Source: Patescibacteria group bacterium
GTDB lineage: Bacteria; Patescibacteriota; Patescibacteriia; JACQRZ01
DNA length: 49,323 bases
NCBI GenBank assembly: GCA_038065125.1
Contig: JBBTRP010000038.1
Location: 1-49,323, forward strand
Reading direction: 5' to 3'
Shown here: in pieces, positions 27,512 to 36,136 of the stretch
Position numbering within the stretch: position 1 is the first letter of the stretch
How the letters are laid out: each line of letters opens with the position of its first letter
The notes under the pieces: model-generated
Seen by the model: the letters and a program-made list of their open reading frames with translations, nothing else
Database searches by the model: none
Told to the model about the DNA's origin: nothing
Position numbers and translations under genes: made by a program

Positions 27512-30109
27512 TCATGATTGGCTCATGGTAGCACCGGCGTTGGCAATGTCAAGACTGAGGACCTTTGAAACGCCGTCATCGCCCATGGTTACCCCGTAGA
27601 GCACCTGCGCGGTGTGAATAGTCACGCGGTTGTGGGTGATGATGATGAATTGCGTTTTGGACACGAGCTCGGAGATGATGTCGGCAAACCGATGCGCGTT
27701 TGAGTCGTCCAGACTCGCGTCCACCTCGTCGAGAACCACGAACGGCGCAGGGTTACTCGATACGATTGCGCAGAGAAGCGCAATTGCGGTCATCGCCTTC
27801 TCGCCGCCGGAGAGAAAGCTGATGTTCTTGAGTTTCTTCTGTGGGGGGTTACAGTAAATCTCAATTCCCATGATCTCGTCGGCATCCTCAGCTGGAGTGC
27901 TTGCCTCCTCGTCCTCGTCCTCCCCGGGCTCAGCCGGTTCCCGCTTGAGAACCGAGATGCGCGCCGATCCCCCGGAGAAGAGAATCTTGAAATACTGATC
28001 GAAGGTCTCGTTGATGCGGATAAGCGCGTCATCAAAACGCTGTCGGACGATAGTGTTCAGGTCGCGGACTGCGACGGTGAGCGATTCGCGCGCTGCCTCA
28101 AGGTCGGCAATCTGGACGGTAAGGAACTCATAACGCTCCTTCGTGCTCTCGTACTCTGCAAGCGCATCGTCGTCGACGCTTCCGATCTGCTCAAGTTTCT
28201 TTTTTGCTCGCTCGATAGTGACCCGCATCTCCTCCAGATTAATCGGCTCGGGGTCTTTTCGAAAGCCCAGTATGGAATACACCGTCTCGGTGGCTTCGCA
28301 CAGCTGAGTTGAGCGATCTGAGTCGAGGGAGAACTCTTCGCAAATCCGCAAGAGAAGCTCTTCTTGATGCGCCTCTGCTCGTGCAACCTCAAGGCTCACT
28401 ACGGTGTGATTCTCTTTGATTGCATCAACCACTGTCCGGGCCGCCGTCACTTCTTGAGAGAGCGAGAGAAGCGTGCGCGCGGTCTGTTTTTCTTTTTCAT
28501 AAAATCCTGCTAGTTGGGAGTCGGCATCACGGAGCCTTTGAGAACACTCCGCGAGTTTTTGATCAATGCCCTCTTTTTCTTGTTGGGCGACCGCGTGCTG
28601 ATCCGAAGGCTCGTTCGAAGAAAAGTACGCGCAGTCGGCTCGCAGTTTCTCTAGCTCCTGTTTCCTTCGAACGATCTCGGCCGTGATGGTTTGCAACTGT
28701 GCCCGATCAACACCGAGCGCGATGCGCACCTGTGCAAGCTCTTCGCGGAGACGTCGCTCGCGGTCTTTCTGACCCTCGCGCTCTCGGTTCGCACTCTCCG
28801 TAGACACAGAAACGCTTCTGCCGATACGCTCAACAAGGGAGTGTACCTGACCGATCACCCGTTCAAAAATCGCAAGTAAAACGTTGACAGAATCTGTCGG
28901 CGCATTCTCCTTGAGCTTCAGGATTTCGAGAAGACTCTCACGAACGCCCGCAAGAGTGAGTGCTTCCTGTTGCGGCGTCTCAGCGCTTTGTGCGCACACC
29001 TCCCGGAGTCGCTGCTCTTCCCCGGAGTGCTCAACAATTCTTTTTTCAAGGTTGGTGGCTGCCACTTCCTTTTCGGCAAGCGCGTCGCTTGCAAGTCGCT
29101 CTTGTTCAAGAAGCCAGGAGAGCTGAACCTTCCCGGTCTGCTGAAGCGCGCTTTTCAGTCGCCCCTCAATCAGGGCCTGCCGTTTGAGAAGCTCTTGCTT
29201 TTCCGTGCTAAGTCGCGCGTGTTGGGCGGAAAGCGCAAGGAACGCGTCGTCTTTCTGCGGCTGAAGACCGTTTTTCTTTTTTTGGAAGTCCGCGTCGAGC
29301 GCGTCTGCACTCTTTTGCGCGTCGTTAATTTTTTGCTGTAACTGCGCTTGTCGATTCTTGGAGTCACCAAGCCCCCGCAATCCGTTCTGCCAGAGGACGT
29401 TGTAATACGAGCGCAAGTTTTCGCTCAGCTCCTGCTCGATTGCTGACCGCTCTTGGAGTCGTTTCATGAGTCGAGAAAAAAACCGGATTTTAGGTTCAAG
29501 TTCGGACACGAGAAGACGCGCGCTGTCGAGATTCTCGCGGGTACTTTTGAGTTTTTGGAGGGATTGGTCTTTTTTGAGGTGATACTGCTTCACGCCGGCG
29601 GCCTCATCAAAGTAGTCTTTCCGTTCTGCCGGCGAAGCATTAATGATCGAGTCGATCATGCCCTGACCGATGACACTAATGTTTTTCGGACCGCACTGAG
29701 CCTGCGCGATGAGCATCACCACATCGGAAAGTCGTACCTTCACACCGTTAAGAAGAAACTCGGACTCGCCATCGCGGTACAGCCGCCGCGTGATCACGAT
29801 CTCCGGCGCGCTGCCGACAAGCGTTCCATCTTCATTATTAAAAGTAAGGGCCACTTCGCAAAATCCCAGCTGACTCTTACGCGCAGACCCAAAAAAAATC
29901 ACATCTTCAGCCTTCTTGCTTCTGAGTGCGGTTTTTGACTGTTCGCCCAATACCCACCGAATCGCGTCGGCGACATTACTTTTTCCGCTCCCGTTGGGAC
30001 CGACGACACCGGTGACGCCCCGCTCCCCGTCGCGCGGAGGTGGAAATGAAAAAACCGTTTTGGCGGCAAACGACTTGAACCCGACTATTTCCAGTTTTTG
30101 TAAATACAT
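27512..30109 (-). CDS. smc: SMC-family chromosome segregation ATPase, short form (865 aa)
   Basis: N-terminal FKSF...GPNGSGKSNVADAIRWVLGEQS. The C-terminal LSGGEKAMTAIALL...VLDEVDASLD has the signature and Walker B motifs. A long coiled-coil-like middle lies between them. Confidence 0.9.
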   Translation of the reverse strand: MYLQKLEIVGFKSFAAKTVFSFPPPRDGERGVTGVVGPNGSGKSNVADAIRWVLGEQSKTALRSKKAEDVIFFGSARKSQLGFCEVALTFNNEDGTLVGSAPEIVITRRLYRDGESEFLLNGVKVRLSDVVMLIAQAQCGPKNISVIGQGMIDSIINASPAERKDYFDEAAGVKQYHLKKDQSLQKLKSTRENLDSARLLVSELEPKIRFFSRLMKRLQERSAIEQELSENLRSYYNVLWQNGLRGLGDSKNRQAQLQQKINDAQKSADALDADFQKKKNGLQPQKDDAFLALSAQHARLSTEKQELLKRQALIEGRLKSALQQTGKVQLSWLLEQERLASDALAEKEVAATNLEKRIVEHSGEEQRLREVCAQSAETPQQEALTLAGVRESLLEILKLKENAPTDSVNVLLAIFERVIGQVHSLVERIGRSVSVSTESANREREGQKDRERRLREELAQVRIALGVDRAQLQTITAEIVRRKQELEKLRADCAYFSSNEPSDQHAVAQQEKEGIDQKLAECSQRLRDADSQLAGFYEKEKQTARTLLSLSQEVTAARTVVDAIKENHTVVSLEVARAEAHQEELLLRICEEFSLDSDRSTQLCEATETVYSILGFRKDPEPINLEEMRVTIERAKKKLEQIGSVDDDALAEYESTKERYEFLTVQIADLEAARESLTVAVRDLNTIVRQRFDDALIRINETFDQYFKILFSGGSARISVLKREPAEPGEDEDEEASTPAEDADEIMGIEIYCNPPQKKLKNISFLSGGEKAMTAIALLCAIVSSNPAPFVVLDEVDASLDDSNAHRFADIISELVSKTQFIIITHNRVTIHTAQVLYGVTMGDDGVSKVLSLDIANAGATMSQS

Positions 30110-30187
30110 GTCTCTAGTATACGGATCGATCGGGGTGCGGGCAAGAGAATGCCTCGTCCCAACAGTGTTGAGGCGAGGCGAAATAAG

Positions 30188-32449
30188 TCACTCCACCGTT
30201 TCGAGGAATCCGCCCAGGGTGTACCCGGGCGAGCGGTAGAAGTACCACCGTCCCTGGAGATACACGAGGTTTGCGGTGTATGACTGGTACCCGGTCCGGG
30301 GGAATACAACATTATTTGAAGAATCTGTGAGGTGGATCCGGAACGACGCGGTCACGCGGTTTGTTTTACCGGGGACCATGTCGATGAAGGTGCGCGAAAG
30401 CTGAAGGACTGGCTGCAGCCCACTTTCGCGAAGTTGCCCCACGAAGTACGCGTAAATGAACTTGATAACCGCGTCTCGCACTTCCGGAGTGACGCTCGTC
30501 ACTGCTCCTGAGTCGCGATCCTTGGCAAGAGTAAGAACATCCTCGGCGATCGAGGTGAAGTACTCCGTGTCAGAAGACGACTTTCCGATCGCGAGATCCA
30601 GATGCGTGTACCCAGACCTCATACGGACGCCGCGAACCCATTTTGGCGCGCGTGCTGCCGCGATTGCGAGGTCGACAGTCCCATCAGCGCCAAGGTCTGC
30701 GCCGGGCTCTAAGCCAAACGCGTCCTCCACGCGCACCAGTCCGTCGTTGCCCGCGCTTTTCTTCCCGCTTGCCGTGGGAATGAGGGGAAATATCGATCGA
30801 CTGATCCAACGGAGCGCCGCCTGCTGCATCTGAACGCTCGTATCCCCGGCGACCGTCTCAATGCCCTTGTCGCGCACATAGCGCGCAACCAGATCGTCGT
30901 CGCTCTCGCGGATCTTTTGGTCAATCGCGCCAGCATGCGCGAACACATGCGGCGTGTCTGCGCATCCGACAACCATTTCGTATCGCTTGATCGCTTCGAC
31001 CTGGTTGATCCGTGCCTTGTTGTCGGTGGTCCGCATTCGAATCGCTCCCTTCACTCCGGAGACTGCCGCGAACGCCGAACTTGATTCGGGAACGAGAAGA
31101 TTGTCGCCCTGGTTAAGGATACCCGGCAGCGGTACGCCCTGAAGGGGTCCGAACGAGAACTTCGTGACGAACTCCTTGTCCGGAATGCCGAAGGACTGCT
31201 CATGGCTCGCGAGCGAGACGAATCCGTCACTGTAGAGTTTGAGAAGTTCAGTGACATAGTCGCTTACGCGCTTTTTGAGGCGCAGCGAGCGCATCCCGCC
31301 GATGAAGTTGTTCACGACGATCTGATAGAGCACCGTGAAAAGTGTGGGGTAGGGAAACGTCGAGAAGGTGCACCCCATGAGTTCGGGGACAGCGAGCGGC
31401 GATCCGTTGTGTGGCGTCCCAAGAGTCACCACCCCGCCCGCGAGTCCCTCCTTGAAGAGATCGGCATACCCGCACCGGCTCAGCAATCCACCCATGCTGT
31501 GCCCGACAAAGTACGTCACGCGAGGGCCGTAGGCAGCGCGTAGCGCACTCACCATGGCACGGGCGTTGGAGTCGATCGCTGCTTGCGAGTCGTACCGCCA
31601 CACGACGATCACGAACCGCTTGAGGAACTCATCGCGGAATGCGGGGTTTGCCTTGAGGAACGCGAGGAAGTTTTCCCAAAGGTGGAAATATTCGCGATTC
31701 TCAGATCCTGCCCCGTGCACGAACACGAGCAGATCCTTGGTCCCCGTCACCACCGCATCGGCTGGCGTGATAATGGCGTGGCTGATGTACTGCGCGCGGA
31801 ACGCCGAGACGGCAACGGGCGGCTCATCAACAAATTCAGGAATCGCCTCGAGTCCTGCATTTTGCACGTTCGTACTTACGAGCACCACGCTGTCCGGAAT
31901 GTTGGTGCGCTCAGCTGTGATTGCAAGATACCGGCCGTTCCTGGATGGAATAGCCCGCGAGGCCGCAACCGAACTCACGGAGCGCTGGGGGGATGTTACC
32001 GGCACCCAGTAGTCGTGCTCAGCGGCCGTACTCGCATTTGAGACAAACACACGCACGTCGCTGGCCTGACCCTGTCCCAGAATTGAGAGGCCAAGCGGTT
32101 CGCTTGAGCGCTCGTCAACACCGGAAAGCGTGAACTCGTATCCACCCTCGGAGAGGAGGGGAGAAACAGGCGCGATATCGGAAACAACCGGCGCGACCAC
32201 GTCTCCTGAAGGCGCGGCAACCACAATCGGCATTTCGGGAGTGGGTGTTGGGGTCGGCGTCTGCACGAGAGTCTCTCCACCGGGTGGAGCGGTCGGACTC
32301 ACATCCGGTGACGCCCCCAAAGGCTGCGGCGAGGTAGAGCCGAGTGGGCTCGTCTCTCCCTTTGGAGCGCGCGGAACCGATGGAGGGCCGACGCACGCAT
32401 CAAGGATGCCAATAAGAACTGCCCAGAGAAAAGAACGGCGATGCATCAT
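30188..32449 (-). CDS. Secreted lipoprotein with an alpha/beta-hydrolase (lipase/PGAP1-like) domain
   Basis: Lipobox-like LIGILDAC, a P/T-rich linker and the GHSMGG nucleophile elbow (YFVGHSMGGLLSR). Confidence 0.6.
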   Translation of the reverse strand: MMHRRSFLWAVLIGILDACVGPPSVPRAPKGETSPLGSTSPQPLGASPDVSPTAPPGGETLVQTPTPTPTPEMPIVVAAPSGDVVAPVVSDIAPVSPLLSEGGYEFTLSGVDERSSEPLGLSILGQGQASDVRVFVSNASTAAEHDYWVPVTSPQRSVSSVAASRAIPSRNGRYLAITAERTNIPDSVVLVSTNVQNAGLEAIPEFVDEPPVAVSAFRAQYISHAIITPADAVVTGTKDLLVFVHGAGSENREYFHLWENFLAFLKANPAFRDEFLKRFVIVVWRYDSQAAIDSNARAMVSALRAAYGPRVTYFVGHSMGGLLSRCGYADLFKEGLAGGVVTLGTPHNGSPLAVPELMGCTFSTFPYPTLFTVLYQIVVNNFIGGMRSLRLKKRVSDYVTELLKLYSDGFVSLASHEQSFGIPDKEFVTKFSFGPLQGVPLPGILNQGDNLLVPESSSAFAAVSGVKGAIRMRTTDNKARINQVEAIKRYEMVVGCADTPHVFAHAGAIDQKIRESDDDLVARYVRDKGIETVAGDTSVQMQQAALRWISRSIFPLIPTASGKKSAGNDGLVRVEDAFGLEPGADLGADGTVDLAIAAARAPKWVRGVRMRSGYTHLDLAIGKSSSDTEYFTSIAEDVLTLAKDRDSGAVTSVTPEVRDAVIKFIYAYFVGQLRESGLQPVLQLSRTFIDMVPGKTNRVTASFRIHLTDSSNNVVFPRTGYQSYTANLVYLQGRWYFYRSPGYTLGGFLETVE

Positions 32450-32558
32450 GACTCCTCCTTCCATACTCGTCATCGGGAAGCCATTACAGCCTACTGCCCG
32501 TCAAGTAAAATGAAAAGTCCAAAAGAAAAGATCCGTCGTTTGGACAGATCTTTTCTTT

Positions 32559-32630
32559 TGGACCTAGCGAGAATCGCCAGGCAGAGCCTGGTCCGCCTTT
32601 GGCGGAAACTCCTAATTACAAAACTTTCAA
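32559..32630 (-). repeat. Short tRNA-Ala trailer ending in a degenerate duplicate of the tRNA 3' end
   Basis: On the minus strand, CGATTCtcgcTAGGTCCA (32576->32559) compares with the tRNA's CGATTCccggTAGGTCCA. Two small hairpins lie between them, and a separate terminator hairpin (32517-32561) follows. Confidence 0.45.
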
Positions 32631-32701
32631 TGGACCTACCGGGAATCGAACCCGGACCTCAGCAATGCGAATGCTGCGTAATACCGTTTTACTATAGGCC
32701 C
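32631..32701 (-). tRNA. trnA: tRNA-Ala (CGC), CCA not encoded
   Basis: Acceptor stem with the G3-U70 identity pair, anticodon stem CAGCA/TGCTG with loop TTCGCAT, T-arm CCGGG-TTCGATT-CCCGG. Confidence 0.85.
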
Positions 32702-32801
32702 ACCTACAAACAAACGGCGGTGCACCCCAGTATACTAAAGGGGGGCTTCCCGCGCAACCTCCCTTGAAAGCAGCGACTGACCCTGCTAAGATTCGCCGCA
32801 T

Positions 32802-33764
32802 ATGAAATGCATTGTTACCGGCGCAGGGGGATTTATCGGAAGCCATTTGACCGAGGCGCTCCTTGATGAGGGTCACACGGTTATAGCGCTTGATCGATTT
32901 ACTCCCGGTAAGCGAGATAATTTGAGTACGGTTCGCGATCACGAGAAGTGCACGATTGTCAAAAAAAATATCTGCAACGATCTTGCTAATATTTTCGGAT
33001 CTGGAGACATCGACGCCGTGTTCCATATGGCTGCTATGCCCAAGGTGCAATACTCAATTATCCACCCGGCAGAAACGCATGACGCAAACCTTAACGGTAC
33101 CCTCAACGTCCTTGAGGCGTGTAGGACGTTCGGCATAAAGCGCTTCATCTTCTCATCCAGTTGCGCGGTGTATGGAGAACAGAACGAGGCGCCATTCCGC
33201 GAGTCGTTCCACCCGCGACCAATCTCGCCCTACGCGGTCCATAAGCTGGTCGGGGAGTACTATGCAACGCTGTATTTCAATCTCTACGGAGTCGAGACAA
33301 TAAATTTGCGGTACTTTAATGCCTTTGGTCCGCGCCAGGACCACCGGGGAGACTACGCAAACCTCTTTGGCCGGTTCATCACGCGCATCGCGCGCGGGGA
33401 GCAACCGGTCATCAACGGCGACGGAAGAAACACCCGCGACTACGTGCATGTGTCCGACATTGTTCGAGCAAATATTCTCGCGGCTCAAACCACCAGTGGC
33501 GCGTGTTTTGGGCAAGTGATCAATATAGGTTCCGGCCGCGCACTCTCAGTGAACGATATCTACAACCATATCATGTCGGTGCACCCTGAACGGGTCGAGC
33601 CCGTGTACGGCCCCGCCGTTGTCGAGATCAAACACGCGGTTGCCGACATCAGTAAAGCGGGGAGTCTCCTTGGCTGGGCTCCACAGAAAAACTTTGACGA
33701 GGGCCTTAAAGAAACTTACGACTATTTTATAACGCTCCCGCAATCAACGGCTCAACCGGCTTAG
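32802..33764 (+). CDS. NAD-dependent sugar epimerase/dehydratase (GalE/WbpP-like SDR)
   Basis: VTGAGGFIGSHL Rossmann motif, the YAVHK catalytic YxxxK, and RYFNAFGPRQ. Confidence 0.85.
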   Translation: MKCIVTGAGGFIGSHLTEALLDEGHTVIALDRFTPGKRDNLSTVRDHEKCTIVKKNICNDLANIFGSGDIDAVFHMAAMPKVQYSIIHPAETHDANLNGTLNVLEACRTFGIKRFIFSSSCAVYGEQNEAPFRESFHPRPISPYAVHKLVGEYYATLYFNLYGVETINLRYFNAFGPRQDHRGDYANLFGRFITRIARGEQPVINGDGRNTRDYVHVSDIVRANILAAQTTSGACFGQVINIGSGRALSVNDIYNHIMSVHPERVEPVYGPAVVEIKHAVADISKAGSLLGWAPQKNFDEGLKETYDYFITLPQSTAQPA

Positions 33765-33804
33765 CCATTAAAAAAAAGACCCTTTCGCGCGCGCTGCACT
33801 ACAA

Positions 33805-33835
33805 GAAAAACACCGCTTTCAAGACGGTGTTTTTC
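33805..33835. terminator. Bidirectional terminator between the epimerase gene and tRNA-Arg
   Basis: GAAAAACACCG ctttcaaga CGGTGTTTTTC. Confidence 0.6.
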
Positions 33836-33839
33836 TCAA

Positions 33840-33911
33840 TACCCCCGAGAGGAATCGAACCTCTATTTACTCGTTAGGAGTGAGTTGTTCTATCCATTGA
33901 ACTACGGGGGC
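33840..33911 (-). tRNA. trnR: tRNA-Arg (CCU), CCA not encoded
   Basis: Acceptor GCCCCCG/CGGGGGT (G1-U72), anticodon loop CTCCTAA with one A-C mismatch closing the stem, T-arm AGAGG-TTCGATT-CCTCT. Confidence 0.8.
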
Positions 33912-33931
33912 GTGTTCCATTTTGTCCGCCT

Positions 33932-34282
33932 TTACGCGGCGTCGCCGCGCATTGTCGGTTCCGGTTGGACGGCGACATCCTTGGCGCGACTCAGTGCTTG
34001 GTAGTAACGCTGCTCCGGTTCGCTGAGCTCGAGGATCGCCCCATCGCGAACGGTCATTTCTCGATCAGTCATCCCAACAACCTGCTCTCGCGCAATCAAG
34101 TAGGTCTGGCCCGAAAGTGTTGGGGGGATAAGCACGCAGAGAATGCGCCAGGGCGGCCGCACTCGATAGTGGGTGACGAGGTGCGACTCCGTGTCCAGGG
34201 TAATGTCACACACGCGTCCTAAAAAAAATCCTCGCTTCGTGACGACGCGGAGTCCAAGTATCTGTTTTTTTGAGAGTCTCAT
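33932..34282 (-). CDS. PRC-barrel domain protein
   Basis: ILGLRVVTKRGFFLGRVCDITLDTESHLVTHYRV resembles the PRC-barrel fold signature. Confidence 0.55.
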   Translation of the reverse strand: MRLSKKQILGLRVVTKRGFFLGRVCDITLDTESHLVTHYRVRPPWRILCVLIPPTLSGQTYLIAREQVVGMTDREMTVRDGAILELSEPEQRYYQALSRAKDVAVQPEPTMRGDAA

Positions 34283-34286
34283 ACCC

Positions 34287-35018
34287 TCACTTCTTTTTCA
34301 TCACCACGAAGAATACTTTTTGTTGGATAACGCTGACAAGGGTCTGCACAAGAAAATAAAGTCCCAGACCGCTCGGGAACGTATAGCTCATAACGCCGGT
34401 CATGAGTGGGAACACATACAACATTTGCTGGTTCATCGCGGACGCGATGTCTTCTTTTTTCTCTTCCGTCTTTTTTTCGTTCGCAGCCGGTTTTACCGGA
34501 GTCATCATTTTTGTCTGGACAAACTGCCCGACGGCGTTTAACACGGCAAGAAGAATATTATGGCTCTGCGTAAGTGAGAAAAGTCCCAGAAGAGTCTCGT
34601 TAAGCTTGCCCGGGTCTGCAATAAACGGATAGAGAATTTTTGCATGACTGCCGCCATTCTTGAGTCCCTCGGAAAGAACGTAGAAGAGCGCAAAGAGAAA
34701 CGGGAGTTGGATCAGCAAGGGAAAACACGAGGAAAGAGGGTTAATCTTTTTTTCCGCGAAGAGCTTCATTTGCGCCTGCGCGAGTGCCTGCTTGTCGTCC
34801 TTGTGCTCGTCCTTTAACCGCTCAATGTGCGGCTGGAGCTCCTGCAGCGCGGCTTGTGCCTGCACCTGCTTCCAGGAAAGCGGGAGGAGGAGCACCTTCA
34901 CGATTACAGTGAGGAGAATGATCGCGAGTCCAAGGTCGTGATTGGGAAGCACGTTATACAGCCACACGAGTAGATTAAACAGCGGCTGATAAAAAAGTGT
35001 CGTAAAGAGTTCCTGCAT
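34287..35018 (-). CDS. yidC: Membrane protein insertase YidC (short form)
   Basis: LGLAIILLTVIVKVLLLPLSWKQ...LQPHIERLKDEHKDDKQ...KINPLSSCFPLLIQLPFLFALFYVL. Confidence 0.9.
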   Translation of the reverse strand: MQELFTTLFYQPLFNLLVWLYNVLPNHDLGLAIILLTVIVKVLLLPLSWKQVQAQAALQELQPHIERLKDEHKDDKQALAQAQMKLFAEKKINPLSSCFPLLIQLPFLFALFYVLSEGLKNGGSHAKILYPFIADPGKLNETLLGLFSLTQSHNILLAVLNAVGQFVQTKMMTPVKPAANEKKTEEKKEDIASAMNQQMLYVFPLMTGVMSYTFPSGLGLYFLVQTLVSVIQQKVFFVVMKKK

Positions 35019-35041
35019 AGGTGATTTTTATGTTTTGTGTA

Positions 35042-35225
35042 CTACCGACCAATCCACCCCAACCTAATTGATAAAATGTATGATTGTGGGTCGGATTCGA
35101 AGTCCCTGGAGTCGTGAAAAAACAAAATCGTATTAAAAATACGATGAGGATTTTTTGCGATGAAGGGCGAGAATGCGGCCAGAATCATAGGCTTTAGCAT
35201 TAGGTTGGGGTGGATTGGTCGGTAG
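35042..35225. mobile_element. MITE-like unit: 27-bp perfect terminal inverted repeats around a 130-bp spacer
   Basis: CTACCGACCAATCCACCCCAACCTAAT (35042-35068) is the exact reverse complement of 35199-35225. The spacer holds a nested palindrome, ATCGTATT aaa AATACGAT. Confidence 0.5.
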
Positions 35226-35486
35226 GTCGATGCCGCCTCGGTTCCATGGGTTACATCGCATCACGCGGTGCACGGACCTCACCACCGCAATGGAAAGGGA
35301 GCTGTTTTCAAATGATTGGCGGCAGTACTCAGAACAGGAGGGATGAAAACGACAATACCCGTATGGGTACAAGATCCGAAGGGGACCGTGATCAGGAGAG
35401 AGGCTTTTTTGATACAGGCGAATTGCTCCGCCGATAAGCTGGCGCACCACTGGGACGAGGGAGGCGAGCAAGAATGCTCTCCACAT
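35133..35486 (-). CDS. yidD: Membrane protein insertion efficiency factor YidD with a C-terminal tail read out of the inverted-repeat unit
   Basis: IRLYQKSLSP...CRFHPSCSEYC...RCNPWNRGGIDLP is the YidD core. The remaining 28 aa are encoded by the right IR arm and spacer. Confidence 0.75.
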   Translation of the reverse strand: MWRAFLLASLVPVVRQLIGGAIRLYQKSLSPDHGPLRILYPYGYCRFHPSCSEYCRQSFENSSLSIAVVRSVHRVMRCNPWNRGGIDLPTNPPQPNAKAYDSGRILALHRKKSSSYF

Positions 35487-35787
35487 CTCCTTTGAGCGCA
35501 TCAAATGACGCGGTCGCGCTTGGCGCTTTTGCAATGAAGGCATAATCTGCGTCTTGTCGGAACGCGTCCGTGCGCTTTCGAATGATTTCTCGGAGTCTCC
35601 GCTTGATCGTGTTGCGAACCACGGCATGTTTGGATACTTTATTGGAGACAATAAACGAAAAGCGGGGAGGCGGCGACGCCTTTTGATTCGCGCGAAGCGT
35701 GAACAGCTGCGTAGAAAGACTGATCCCGCGCCGCACAACCGCGCGGACATCCCGCATACGCCGCAAGCGATTGGGGGCTGACAGCAT
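35392..35787 (-). CDS. rnpA: Ribonuclease P protein component
   Basis: RLRRMRDVRAVVRRG...VSNKVSKHAVVRNTIKRRLREIIR, in the conserved position after rpmH. Confidence 0.85.
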   Translation of the reverse strand: MLSAPNRLRRMRDVRAVVRRGISLSTQLFTLRANQKASPPPRFSFIVSNKVSKHAVVRNTIKRRLREIIRKRTDAFRQDADYAFIAKAPSATASFDALKGDVESILARLPRPSGAPAYRRSNSPVSKKPLS

Positions 35788-35790
35788 CGC

Positions 35791-35928
35791 CTACACGGTC
35801 AATTTTTTTCGTCCTTTTTGGCGGCGCCGCTTCAGCACGTTCCTTCCATTCTTTGTGGTCATCCGTTTTCGGAAGCCGTGCTCTTTGGCGCGCTTTCTCT
35901 TTTTTGGCTGATAGGTTCGTTTTGGCAT
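35791..35928 (-). CDS. rpmH: 50S ribosomal protein L34 (absent from the ORF track because it is under 60 aa)
   Basis: My translation of the minus strand gives [45 protein letters not shown] followed by a stop. Confidence 0.9.
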   Translation of the reverse strand: MPKRTYQPKKRKRAKEHGFRKRMTTKNGRNVLKRRRQKGRKKLTV

Positions 35929-36027
35929 AGAATAATCTTACCCATGATGGGCTTGATCATACCGTCTCGCGAGCGGTTCGTCAAGCGCCCCACCTCACCC
36001 CGGTACACTCCACGGGTTGTACACAGC

Positions 36028-36036
36028 TTATCCACA
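36028..36036 (+). promoter_or_regulatory. Perfect DnaA box TTATCCACA upstream of dnaA
   Basis: Exact consensus 9-mer in the rpmH-dnaA intergenic region. Confidence 0.6.
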
Positions 36037-36136
36037 CTTTGTCACCAGGTCACACCTTTGTAACTCAGATATGCCTGTGATACCATGACCGGATCCGTCA
36101 TTTCATTATTCGTACCCCTTATTTAAGAATACCGCT

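Noticed and set aside
35487-35750. N-terminal 88 residues of track ORF 35133-35750
   Set aside because: This part overprints rnpA in another frame and is R/S-rich. The recognisable YidD sequence begins at the ATG at 35486.
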